Notes under the pieces: generated by a model
Told to the model about the DNA's origin: nothing
Database searches by the model: none
Seen by the model: only the letters and a program-made list of their open reading frames with translations
Made by a program: the position numbers and the translations under genes
Shown: positions 1-8,841 of the stretch, one piece after another
Numbering within the stretch: the stretch's first letter is position 1
Layout: each line of letters begins with the position of its first letter
From: an uncultured virus (IMG/VR IMGVR_UViG_3300027749_002987)
Lineage: Duplodnaviria; Heunggongvirae; Uroviricota; Caudoviricetes
Length of the DNA stretch: 60,540 bases
Strand: one strand, 5' to 3'
IMG/VR virus record: IMGVR_UViG_3300027749_002987

Positions 1-10
1 AGAGAGCGAT

Positions 11-409
11 ATGGAATTTTATATTGAAGCTGGCTCTAGCACCAAAAGATACATTGAAGCACTGTTACCCTCAATGTTAGCTCAATTAAAGTTAACCAAA
101 AGTAAGAAACTCTTACATATCAAGATTGACAAAGAGCTAGAAGAAAATGGAACTACAGTTCCGTTGTTAGGTATTGACACTATTCTTGTCGTGCTTAAAC
201 CCACTCGCAATCGAGTAGATTTTGGTGTAACACTTGCGCACGAATTGACACACGTAGCACAGTTTGCCAAAGGCATTCTAAAGCCTTCACCCAAGGGACT
301 TAAATGGAAGGGTAAATTCTACGGAAGAAGTGTTGCGTATTTGCAACAACCTTGGGAAATAGATGCATTCAGTAAACAAGAATTGATATTTCGTAGAGCA
401 ATTGATTGA
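11..409 (+). CDS. HExxH zincin-like metallopeptidase domain protein
   Basis: LAHELTHVAQ motif plus downstream PWEIDA; purine-rich RBS at window start. Confidence 0.65.
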   Translation: MEFYIEAGSSTKRYIEALLPSMLAQLKLTKSKKLLHIKIDKELEENGTTVPLLGIDTILVVLKPTRNRVDFGVTLAHELTHVAQFAKGILKPSPKGLKWKGKFYGRSVAYLQQPWEIDAFSKQELIFRRAID

Positions 410-434
410 CGTGTCTGCCAACAGGCAGTATAAT
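406..434 (+). promoter_or_regulatory. sigma70-type early promoter
   Basis: TTGACG(406-411)-17 nt-TATAAT(429-434). Confidence 0.85.
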
Positions 435-465
435 TAACACATACAGAAACACACAGGAGCGAAAA

Positions 466-657
466 ATGGCATTTAAAATTTTAGGAAGAACAGCAGACTT
501 GTATCAAGGCTATGGCCCTTTGCCTAAACTTGAAGGTCCATTTTTGGTTGCAGGACGTATTCTGTATTACGATCCAAAAGAAGGCAAGTACTGGGATCCA
601 AAAACAGATTTCTACGTGCCACATGATGACTATTTTCGGTTAGTAGGTTTGATGTAA
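466..657 (+). CDS. small hypothetical protein with OCRE-like aromatic repeat
   Basis: AGGAG RBS then ATG at 466 (the track's 406 start lies in the promoter); YYDPKEGKYWDPKTDFY. Confidence 0.7.
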   Translation: MAFKILGRTADLYQGYGPLPKLEGPFLVAGRILYYDPKEGKYWDPKTDFYVPHDDYFRLVGLM

Positions 658-667
658 GGAGTGGGAA

Positions 668-925
668 ATGAAAGAAGTAAGAAAAATTTCAGAAGGTGAA
701 TTAGTGTGCTTTACGCACACACACCGCCGTATTGGTAGAAAGCCTCGTGGCTATAAACCCCATACCGAAAAAATAGTCGGTACTGTTGTTAAAGTTAATC
801 GTACCAACATGGTTGTATTAGAAAACTTGTTCAGTGACGAAGAAGAAATTGTGGGCCCAAGTTTATTTTTTACTCGTTGGACTGTTTGGAAAAACAAAGT
901 TCGTAGGTATAATATAGATGTATAG
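668..925 (+). CDS. hypothetical protein (possible SH3-like barrel)
   Basis: AAGGAG RBS; in operon. Confidence 0.6.
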   Translation: MKEVRKISEGELVCFTHTHRRIGRKPRGYKPHTEKIVGTVVKVNRTNMVVLENLFSDEEEIVGPSLFFTRWTVWKNKVRRYNIDV

Positions 926-1145
926 AGTAATAGGAAAAGAAGAAACATTCAAAGTACTTACACTAGCCGAGGCAATGAACGTTGCTAAGAGTATGGACGA
1001 GTTTGTAACCATCAAAGGTCCAGACTTTGAAATTGTAGGTATGTTTGGTGTAGACACGATTAAGGATGGCAAGTGCCCGGATGGCATTGCCTATGATTGG
1101 AACAAATCGAGCCGGATTGGTCGAGTAAAGAAAGAACGTGTATGA
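918..1145 (+). CDS. hypothetical protein
   Basis: overlaps neighbours in operon. Confidence 0.65.
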   Translation: MYRVIGKEETFKVLTLAEAMNVAKSMDEFVTIKGPDFEIVGMFGVDTIKDGKCPDGIAYDWNKSSRIGRVKKERV

Positions 1146-1309
1146 AGATTAAATTTGATAAAGATACAATGCCTGACGAATTGTACAATTCGCTATTACA
1201 GCATTTTGTAAACGAAGCAGTTGGACTGGGTGTAGAAGTCGACAAGTTTACCCAGTTTAATAACTGGGTCGTTGAATGTACTGTAGACGCAAAAGAAGCG
1301 GTGCATTAA
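1142..1309 (+). CDS. hypothetical protein
   Basis: ATGA coupling with upstream stop; start moved to 1142. Confidence 0.6.
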   Translation: MKIKFDKDTMPDELYNSLLQHFVNEAVGLGVEVDKFTQFNNWVVECTVDAKEAVH

Positions 1310-1776
1310 TGCCTAGGTGTTACCAACTAATTGGAGTGCCAGGCGCTGGAAAAAGTACTTGGATCAAAGATCAAATTTGGGCTTTGGGTTTGACCGTAGT
1401 TAGCACAGATTCGTTTGTAGAAGACTATGCAAGAGAGCAGGGTAAAACTTATTCTGAAGTATTTACAGACTACATGCCCCGAGCAGTTGAGCTTATGGCT
1501 GAACAAGTTGTATTTGCACGTGAGCACGACCATACTATAATTTGGGATCAAACTAGTACTACTATTGCTAGTCGTGCTAAGAAGTTTCGAATGTTGCCTG
1601 ACTATGAACATATTGCGGTAGTATTTCCTACACCTGAGCATACAGAACTTGTTCGTAGACTGGCAAGTCGTTGGGAGTCTGGAAAAATTGTACCAGAACA
1701 TGTTGTTGCTAGTATGATTGCCAGTTGGGAAGATCCAACCGAAGAAGAAGGTTTTAAAGAAATTTGGAGAACATGA
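1309..1776 (+). CDS. P-loop kinase, AAA_33/polynucleotide kinase-like
   Basis: Walker A GVPGAGKST, IIWDQTS, lid RLASR; TAATG coupling at 1309. Confidence 0.8.
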   Translation: MPRCYQLIGVPGAGKSTWIKDQIWALGLTVVSTDSFVEDYAREQGKTYSEVFTDYMPRAVELMAEQVVFAREHDHTIIWDQTSTTIASRAKKFRMLPDYEHIAVVFPTPEHTELVRRLASRWESGKIVPEHVVASMIASWEDPTEEEGFKEIWRT

Positions 1777-2264
1777 TGCCATGGATTGAAAATGTAGCTG
1801 CCTCTGATATCCCAATTGGGTTCCATCATGCGGCTGGCCCTAATAGTATGCTGATCAGTATTACCGACCCTGCCTCATGGCGCCCTGAAGCCAAGCACCA
1901 ATTCAAAGAGCGTCATAACTTTGAGTTCTTGGACATCGAAGAAAAAGACTTTGCCTTGGACGAAGCCATGCGTTGTAGTCCGGAGCAGGCCGCTGAGCTT
2001 GTTCGCTTGCTACAACATGCATTGGCTAATCGCATGAATGTGGTTGTTCATTGCTTTGCTGGCATTTGTCGCTCGGGTGCAGTGTGTGAACTTGGAGTCA
2101 TGATGGGATTTGACGATGTGGGCAAATGGCGCAGTCCTAATCTGCTGGTCAAACACAGAATGATGAAAGTGCTGGGGTGGACATACGATGAGCAGGAAGA
2201 AATCAAGCATCGTCCGTATCTGTACCAACAAGGCGGAAACACACGAACTGATGGTGATATTTGA
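1773..2264 (+). CDS. Cys-based (PTP/DSP-like) phosphatase
   Basis: VHCFAGICRS = HCX5R motif; ATGA coupling. Confidence 0.8.
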   Translation: MMPWIENVAASDIPIGFHHAAGPNSMLISITDPASWRPEAKHQFKERHNFEFLDIEEKDFALDEAMRCSPEQAAELVRLLQHALANRMNVVVHCFAGICRSGAVCELGVMMGFDDVGKWRSPNLLVKHRMMKVLGWTYDEQEEIKHRPYLYQQGGNTRTDGDI

Positions 2265-2268
2265 CTGG

Positions 2269-2297
2269 TTGACCGATTGTTGAATAAGTAGTATAAT
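2269..2297 (+). promoter_or_regulatory. sigma70-type early promoter
   Basis: TTGACC-17 nt-TATAAT. Confidence 0.85.
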
Positions 2298-2323
2298 AAC
2301 TTATTAAACAAGAAAGGTACTCA

Positions 2324-2497
2324 ATGGCTGGCAAAGCAAAATCGGTTTACTTAACAGTAACCAAAAAAGGCGAGATGAAGACAGAGTTTCATAAAATGTT
2401 TTTTGATGCTAAAGCATTTAATGAATATGTAAAGAGCGATGAATTTAAGGCCAAGTGGCCTGCCACAGAGTACAACATTATTAAAGAAACTTATTAA
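2324..2497 (+). CDS. hypothetical 57-aa protein (not in ORF track)
   Basis: MAGKAKSVYLTV...IIKETY; AAAGG RBS; directly after a promoter. Confidence 0.75.
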   Translation: MAGKAKSVYLTVTKKGEMKTEFHKMFFDAKAFNEYVKSDEFKAKWPATEYNIIKETY

Positions 2498-2512
2498 AGA
2501 AAGGAGGCGAAT

Positions 2513-3118
2513 ATGCCAAGTGTATTCTTAGTAAGCGATACACACTTTGGACACATGGGTGTATGCCGCTTCACACGTAACGATGGTGTTACAAAACTTC
2601 GTCCATGGGACTCAGCTGAGGAAATGGACGAGGCAATGGTTAAGGCGTGGAACGAACGGGTAAAGCCCACTGACAAGGTCTATCATTTGGGCGATGTTGT
2701 CATCAATCGTAAAGCGTTAAGTATCATGCGCAGGCTTAACGGGGACAAAGTTTTAATTCGTGGTAACCACGATATCTTTAAAGATGAGGACTATCGTGCT
2801 CACTTTAGAGAACTTAGAGCTTATCACGTTATGAACGGTATGATCCTTAGCCATATTCCAGTCCATGCAGAAAGTCTTGGACGTTTTGGTGTTAACATTC
2901 ACGGACACACTCATGCAAATCGTGTACGTAAGGCTCGTGGAGTAGATGCTAAAACTGGCGAAGTTTTATACAGCGATGAGATCGATCCACGCTATCATTG
3001 CGTTTGTGTGGAACAAACTCCGGACTTTGCTCCAATTTTATTTGAAGATGTGTTAAAGCGCATTGAGGAAGAGGGCGGAGCAGTTGGATTTAGGAACGGC
3101 AACGGGCCTACTATGTAA
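2513..3118 (+). CDS. calcineurin-like metallophosphoesterase
   Basis: SDTHFGH, LGDV, GNHD, SH, HGHTH motifs. Confidence 0.9.
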   Translation: MPSVFLVSDTHFGHMGVCRFTRNDGVTKLRPWDSAEEMDEAMVKAWNERVKPTDKVYHLGDVVINRKALSIMRRLNGDKVLIRGNHDIFKDEDYRAHFRELRAYHVMNGMILSHIPVHAESLGRFGVNIHGHTHANRVRKARGVDAKTGEVLYSDEIDPRYHCVCVEQTPDFAPILFEDVLKRIEEEGGAVGFRNGNGPTM

Positions 3119-3129
3119 TAGTAGATTAG

Positions 3130-3156
3130 AATAGGACCTTCGGGTCCTATTTTTTT
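3130..3156 (+). terminator. intrinsic terminator with C(UUCG)G loop
   Basis: AATAGGACC-TTCG-GGTCCTATT followed by T tract. Confidence 0.9.
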
Positions 3157-3158
3157 GA

Positions 3159-3187
3159 TTGACAGTTTCTAAAATCCTTGCTATAAT
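3159..3187 (+). promoter_or_regulatory. consensus sigma70 promoter
   Basis: TTGACA-17 nt-TATAAT. Confidence 0.9.
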
Positions 3188-3216
3188 ATACACATACACA
3201 CAGAAAGGATCTAACT

Positions 3217-3810
3217 ATGTTTAAAGTAAAAATATTATTTTTTACATTACTACTAGTTTCGTCAACCGCTTTTGGTTTTGAAATTTATGCACTAGGCACA
3301 AGTAACACCAATTGTAAAATGGGCGAGCAAGAATTTACTGGCAGACTTAATAAATTGTTGCGTCAGAACAATATTGATGCAACTGTTATTAACGGTGGCA
3401 TAAATGGCGATAAGCCTGTATGGATGCTGAATCGATTAAAAAGAAATATCAATAAAGAAACAAAGATAGTAATTGTTGAGCCAGGCCCAAATGAAGCGAA
3501 TAAAACATTTAGTGTAGATGCAAGTTTAGAAATACTTGCTTATTTGCAATCAATTAATATGCCGACTATATATGTTTCAAACTATTCGATTCAAACTCCC
3601 GAAGAAGCTGAGCCATTTGCAACCCATTATGGCGCACATTATTACGGCAACTGGTCTAAGGGCGTACCCGTTAACGCACAATATAGAACATATGATCAGC
3701 CAGGAACCAAATATCCTGCCGGACACATGACTGCTGATGGTTGCGGATTATGGGCTGAACAAATGTTTCCAGTATTACAGGCAATTATTAGTACTTACAA
3801 TTTAAGATAA
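3217..3810 (+). CDS. exported SGNH/GDSL-like hydrolase
   Basis: signal peptide; LGTSNT, NGGING, GPNE blocks and C-terminal His (GHMT). Confidence 0.65.
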   Translation: MFKVKILFFTLLLVSSTAFGFEIYALGTSNTNCKMGEQEFTGRLNKLLRQNNIDATVINGGINGDKPVWMLNRLKRNINKETKIVIVEPGPNEANKTFSVDASLEILAYLQSINMPTIYVSNYSIQTPEEAEPFATHYGAHYYGNWSKGVPVNAQYRTYDQPGTKYPAGHMTADGCGLWAEQMFPVLQAIISTYNLR

Positions 3811-3850
3811 TCCTATATCGAGATGTTTTTTTGTCCTGTGCTTCTAGAAC

Positions 3851-3858
3851 AATAAATA
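3851..3858 (+). promoter_or_regulatory. T4-late-like promoter
   Basis: AATAAATA 4 nt before ATG 3863. Confidence 0.55.
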
Positions 3859-3862
3859 ATTC

Positions 3863-4663
3863 ATGATAAGAGATCCTTCCCTACTTCGTGTATTTCCAAA
3901 AGAACTAGAACCTTTTAAAAGTTTAATTTACTGTCCTTTAGATCTCCCCGATCCTCCTGCGATAGACGAAGAAAAAATGTTTGAATACATTACTATGCGC
4001 ACCGAGAGAGATAAAGGAACATTAGCTGGGAGCGTATCGGGTGCGGTTGGGCCTATCCCACTTGATAGCCCGTGGCTCAAGTATACCGCCAGCTGGTCAA
4101 AAGAGAAAGACACATATCCTTGGAGATTGATCCATGTGATGCGTAGTGACTTCAAGCAAGATGGTTGGGAATATTGGGCAGAGTTTGTTGAATGGTTTCC
4201 TGAACTAGGCAACTATATTAAGCAATTACCTATTAAAAACTTTTATACTATTAGTTTTTTAAATCAAAAAGCAAATACAGATGTTGGCCTGCATACTGAT
4301 CCGGATATTTGGTTTGGATTAAGATTCTATCTTGTCAATCGTAGCGATGCAAAAATATTCTTTCAAAAAGCAAAGGCACCTACTGAAGGGCGATTATTGA
4401 ATATTATCAGCGGCCCTAATGGTTACAAACAACTACCGTGGAACACTATAGTAGATGATGAACGTATTTACGGAACTTATCCTAAGCCGTGCTTTCCATT
4501 CCACTTAACTACTACGCATGCCGCGCATGGTGTGGAAACAGTTCCGGACAGTAATGATACTAGAATTACTGCTTTTATTATCTGTCAAACAGATCCAGTA
4601 AAATATGCAGAATTGCTTACAAGAAGTTTAGAGAAATATAAAGACCACGCTATTTGGTGGTAA
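3863..4663 (+). CDS. Fe(II)/2OG-type double-stranded beta-helix oxygenase-like protein
   Basis: HTD...AAHGV...R facial-triad pattern. Confidence 0.6.
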   Translation: MIRDPSLLRVFPKELEPFKSLIYCPLDLPDPPAIDEEKMFEYITMRTERDKGTLAGSVSGAVGPIPLDSPWLKYTASWSKEKDTYPWRLIHVMRSDFKQDGWEYWAEFVEWFPELGNYIKQLPIKNFYTISFLNQKANTDVGLHTDPDIWFGLRFYLVNRSDAKIFFQKAKAPTEGRLLNIISGPNGYKQLPWNTIVDDERIYGTYPKPCFPFHLTTTHAAHGVETVPDSNDTRITAFIICQTDPVKYAELLTRSLEKYKDHAIWW

Positions 4664-5180
4664 TAAGTGATACTGGATCTTCGTTGAACGCTATAGTAAC
4701 TGAGATCCTGGGAAAATTGTTGTGTTCTATTGTTACTTGATGCGGCTCTTTAGGTTTAAACACAACAGGGCCAATTAGTTCAAATTTATCAACTTCGGTG
4801 AACGGGCCTTCAATGTGTATGTAGGACACGCCATTTGGTTGATATTTCCTAACAGAAGATGTAGGTGGTGTAAAAAATCGTGTCCAAGTATTGGCACAGT
4901 TGCGCACAGGCAAGTTAATTCTAGCATTACATATAGTATCGTCTACATGTATCTCACACGAGGTAGTCCACATGATAAAAAAACTAATCCTAGCTATGGT
5001 TAAATCAAGCGGCCTAAATAGATCTTGCAGTTCGGGAATAGTAGTTAATACTTCTTGTGTATTAGAGTTTACCCACGGACTATTCCGACCAGCGATTAAT
5101 TCTGGGTGTTGATCAACATAGCTATTTAATTTATTAGAAACTACTTGCCAGTCATCTAAAGCTAATAATTTATAGTACAT
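4650..5180 (-). CDS. Fe(II)/2OG-type oxygenase-like protein
   Basis: IHVD...INLP...PHQV...RISV; ATG at 5180. Confidence 0.6.
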   Translation of the reverse strand: MYYKLLALDDWQVVSNKLNSYVDQHPELIAGRNSPWVNSNTQEVLTTIPELQDLFRPLDLTIARISFFIMWTTSCEIHVDDTICNARINLPVRNCANTWTRFFTPPTSSVRKYQPNGVSYIHIEGPFTEVDKFELIGPVVFKPKEPHQVTIEHNNFPRISVTIAFNEDPVSLITTK

Positions 5181-5823
5181 CTTTTTCAAACTTTTGCAAC
5201 CATTTTAGATTGTTAAAATTGAATGTCGGCAATCCCATCACGATTAGTACTAGTCTAGGGCCAGTATGGGGCAACACTGGTACTCGATGTGGGAAGTTTG
5301 TACCGTTAAGAAAAAATACAGTATTTGGTTTCGATGGCACTAAATCAGTAACATCTCCCTCGACCATATCATCTTCTATCTTATTCTTTGTTCTTCCGTG
5401 TTTTACAAATTCTTCTTTCAATTGAGATAATTGTACAAAGGTCTTATCAGTATCTAGATTAAAACAGATCCTAAATCCAATACCAGCAACGTTATCAAAA
5501 TGATAGTTAAAATCATAATCAACATAATTTTCTTGGTATATCATGATGATACTTCTGTGTTCAGTGTTTAGCGGTAATTGATCTAATAGAGGAAGGATTG
5601 GTTTAAATACCTCTAGCTGATTATATCTCCAATATGTTTTACTATCTCTTTCTAATATTCTACGATCCCAGGGATACGGGCGTTGGTTTCTTTCGACGTA
5701 TATTTTTTCTTCAGCGGCCGCTACTGAATTATCGTGCATTTCTTTTGTTAAAAGAATAAAATTCTTTACAGCATCTATATCCATAGCTGGCACGGTCAAG
5801 TCAAGTTCACCTGCAATTATCAT
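5170..5823 (-). CDS. Fe(II)/2OG-type oxygenase-like protein
   Basis: YHFD...PHRV...PRLV. Confidence 0.55.
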   Translation of the reverse strand: MIIAGELDLTVPAMDIDAVKNFILLTKEMHDNSVAAAEEKIYVERNQRPYPWDRRILERDSKTYWRYNQLEVFKPILPLLDQLPLNTEHRSIIMIYQENYVDYDFNYHFDNVAGIGFRICFNLDTDKTFVQLSQLKEEFVKHGRTKNKIEDDMVEGDVTDLVPSKPNTVFFLNGTNFPHRVPVLPHTGPRLVLIVMGLPTFNFNNLKWLQKFEKDVL

Positions 5824-6416
5824 TATATATTCCCCCCTATAGGAATTTCAGTTCTATATTTTTGTTTAAGAAATGTGCAACGAATTATAGTGTCTGTTGG
5901 TAGTAGAATTCGGTTAAACAGCACATGCCAATGATTAGTATAAAGACATTTTGTCTTAGCAGGAACAATTATTTCATCAAAATAATCGTAACGTTCATCG
6001 GCCCATTCACTGAACGTGAATCGTCTTAGCAACTTGGCGTGTTTAGCATTCCACAATGTAAAGAATTTTAATCTGCCGCTCTCTTCATTGAACTTTATCA
6101 TATGGTCTAGTAGATTTCTTGCCACTTGCCGGTCTCCGTTATTTCGGACCTGGGTACCATACCAACTAGGTTCGTCCGGACTTTGGTAACAGGCAATAGC
6201 ACCGATAATATTACCTTCGTCGTCAAATGCACCAAATGCATGATAATTATTTAGATCAGTTAAGTAGGTAGTACAAAACCCTGCATGATATGCTACAGCA
6301 ATAATCTTTTTTAAAAAGAAGTCAGATTTACTAGTGTCTGTACCCATATATTTTTTCGCTTGGAACAGCGGCAATAACCCGTCTGTATGTGACTTATCTA
6401 ATTTTTTAATAATCAT
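5823..6416 (-). CDS. GNAT-fold acyltransferase-like protein
   Basis: FGAFDDEGNIIGAI hairpin and VARNLLDHMIKF helix. Confidence 0.5.
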   Translation of the reverse strand: MIIKKLDKSHTDGLLPLFQAKKYMGTDTSKSDFFLKKIIAVAYHAGFCTTYLTDLNNYHAFGAFDDEGNIIGAIACYQSPDEPSWYGTQVRNNGDRQVARNLLDHMIKFNEESGRLKFFTLWNAKHAKLLRRFTFSEWADERYDYFDEIIVPAKTKCLYTNHWHVLFNRILLPTDTIIRCTFLKQKYRTEIPIGGNI

Positions 6417-7333
6417 AAGTTAGCTCTAAGTTGTTTTATAACTTCATTGTAAGGAATACCATCCAAACTAGATTCTAATCGATGTATTTGATCTGCACCA
6501 ATCGCTTTATAGCTTTCATAGTTAAATGCCATTAAACTTTCAAATCCGTGAGTTTTTCGTTTTGGTGTAGTATACGGACACAATTTATGCAGTATTTTAT
6601 TTTTACTGGATACACTGGTTAATTTATAATTGAAACGATCGTCGATCATTTCTTTTATATCTTCGTGTTCTAGGTAGTATAACAGAAGTTCAGGGGTATA
6701 TGCAAACCACTCGTTAACCAAGGGAATCTTAAATTTATTTGTAAATCGCATGGCACTAGCATCTTCATTTTCTCTAAATGTATAATACCAGTAACTGTCA
6801 TTGTGTGTAACTTTTCTAGTTAGCAGTGTTTCTCCACCCATTACACTAGGTGCTCCCAGTTTAAAGATATTGTAATATACCATGTTGTATGTTATTTGAT
6901 GGCAGTCTAATTGCTGGCCGAACTCAGTAGCTTGTCCAGAATAATAAAAGTCTTTGATATCAAAATCAATAGTTTCTAATTTAAAGTCTAGTTCTGTAGA
7001 TAATCGTTCAGCTTCCGAAACATCACCGATGTTGTAGTCGTCTTTAAACTTTATCATAACACATCGGGGTTTGATTCCGATGCTTAAAAAATTATTAATT
7101 ACGATTTCGCTATCAGTGCCACCGCTTAAAAAAACAACTAGATCTTTACCAAACTCCCGCCAAACAGTGTCAGCAGTTCTGCGTAGTTCGTTTTCGTAAC
7201 TACTAGTTCTGTACTGGTCGGGATCAACTGCGCCTACCCGTACTTCAAATTTTTCTATAGGAGTTTCTCTAAACGAGTAAGGTCTGCCGCCTATAGTATA
7301 AACTAAATGATTATTGTGTGTGAAGTTTGTCAT
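6413..7333 (-). CDS. adenine nucleotide alpha hydrolase (PP-loop) protein
   Basis: VFLSGGTDSE; start at MTNF (7333), coupled to desaturase. Confidence 0.7.
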   Translation of the reverse strand: MTNFTHNNHLVYTIGGRPYSFRETPIEKFEVRVGAVDPDQYRTSSYENELRRTADTVWREFGKDLVVFLSGGTDSEIVINNFLSIGIKPRCVMIKFKDDYNIGDVSEAERLSTELDFKLETIDFDIKDFYYSGQATEFGQQLDCHQITYNMVYYNIFKLGAPSVMGGETLLTRKVTHNDSYWYYTFRENEDASAMRFTNKFKIPLVNEWFAYTPELLLYYLEHEDIKEMIDDRFNYKLTSVSSKNKILHKLCPYTTPKRKTHGFESLMAFNYESYKAIGADQIHRLESSLDGIPYNEVIKQLRANL

Positions 7334-8147
7334 TGCGATCTTTATAGATTTTCTCTCTGCTTGCTTTAGTAGCAACTAAGGGCAACAGCAATAAAGACAT
7401 GTCAAATTCTGTAGGATTACCACTCACTGCGGTTCCGAAATCATATGAACTAGCTCGCTGGTGATGGTTGTTATGCCAACCTTGACCCCAAGTGATCCAT
7501 GCTAATAAAGGTACATTTCGGCTATTATCTTTAGTTTCGAAATTTCTGTAGCCGAAGCCGCCTGCTTCGTGGCAGAAAACATTTACATTACTTTCTTGAT
7601 ATAAACTTACAGCCGCTGGAATCATAAATCCAAACAGTAACAATTGCCAGCTGATCAGTCCAACTATGATGTAAGTGCCTAGTACAATGTAATTATAATT
7701 TTTAGCAATCCAGACATGTGTTTCATCTCTAAGTAAATCAATTGCATACTTGGCATTAAAATATTCATCCCAATCATGTAACCAAGCATGCCAAGCATAC
7801 CATTTACCTTTGCTAGGACTATGTGCGTCCTTTTCTGTATCGCTATATCTGTGATGACTACCTCTGTGTATTGCGGCCCAGCCTAGTGGACTACCTTGCA
7901 AACTCAAACATGCTAGCCATAGTAACACAGGTTCGAGTCCAGGTCTAGCTTCAAATGATTTATGGCTAACGTATCTATGCAATATAATAGCAACTCCTAC
8001 ACCTTCTATCAAGATCCAGCCGACAATAAAATATAACACATTGATCCATTCAAATTCAAAAAATACGTGGAATAGGATTAGTCCTAACCAGGCAATTGCA
8101 TGTACAGGATATAGTATGTAATATAAGAAGTTGTTTATTTTTGGCAT
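7311..8147 (-). CDS. membrane fatty acid desaturase (delta-9-like)
   Basis: His boxes HRYVSH, HRGSHH, WHNNHH; hydrophobic segments. Confidence 0.9.
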   Translation of the reverse strand: MPKINNFLYYILYPVHAIAWLGLILFHVFFEFEWINVLYFIVGWILIEGVGVAIILHRYVSHKSFEARPGLEPVLLWLACLSLQGSPLGWAAIHRGSHHRYSDTEKDAHSPSKGKWYAWHAWLHDWDEYFNAKYAIDLLRDETHVWIAKNYNYIVLGTYIIVGLISWQLLLFGFMIPAAVSLYQESNVNVFCHEAGGFGYRNFETKDNSRNVPLLAWITWGQGWHNNHHQRASSYDFGTAVSGNPTEFDMSLLLLPLVATKASREKIYKDRNDKLHTQ

Positions 8148-8169
8148 TAGAGTCTCGCTATCGCTGAAT

Positions 8170-8213
8170 TATTTATAGATTATTGTTACGGCCAGATAAA
8201 TTTCATATAAGTA
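8170..8213. promoter_or_regulatory. divergent late-like promoters
   Basis: TATAAATA on - strand (8170-8177); TATAAGTA on + strand (8206-8213), 4 nt before ATG 8218. Confidence 0.6.
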
Positions 8214-8217
8214 CTAC

Positions 8218-8841
8218 ATGAAAACAATATTATACGATTATAGTAACGACGGTATTTTGTATGTTGGGGATAGCTTACCAGTAGCTAATCACCTAAAGAG
8301 GGGTTTGGTCGATGTTGAAATGAGAATTATGCTAACTTGGAGTACTGGTTACAAAAAAGTAACTAAAGATGATATTTTGAATAATAATCAGCATTTTCAA
8401 TTGACTAGAGACAATGATGTTTTTGAGCTACCCGAATTGGCAAGAAACGAGATTTATTTAGAAAGAATTCGTCTAGTTAAACTTCGAGCCAATCTAATGG
8501 AGCGAATGATGTATTGGACCTGGGCTATTACCGGCAAATCAAGAATTTCTCCATGGGACGGTTTTGAGAATACTATAGAATACATAATTACTGAATCATC
8601 GCCAGACACTGAAGTATGGCATGATAGCTTATTAGAATACGCACATATTCACAGCGTCAGCCCGGCTGTGGCATATAGAGAATTAAAACTACAAATGGAT
8701 ACTTTAATAAATTTAAAAATGCGAAGCTTTGCTAATATGAATTTATTTTCTGAGAAAATTAATAAAGTTACTCGAGAAGATCAAGTTAAGCCGCTGATGG
8801 AAGAAATTATGAATAGATTCTGGAGGGATGCATGGATTTAA
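8218..8841 (+). CDS. hypothetical protein
   Basis: 207-aa ORF overlapping the downstream PP-loop gene. Confidence 0.7.
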   Translation: MKTILYDYSNDGILYVGDSLPVANHLKRGLVDVEMRIMLTWSTGYKKVTKDDILNNNQHFQLTRDNDVFELPELARNEIYLERIRLVKLRANLMERMMYWTWAITGKSRISPWDGFENTIEYIITESSPDTEVWHDSLLEYAHIHSVSPAVAYRELKLQMDTLINLKMRSFANMNLFSEKINKVTREDQVKPLMEEIMNRFWRDAWI

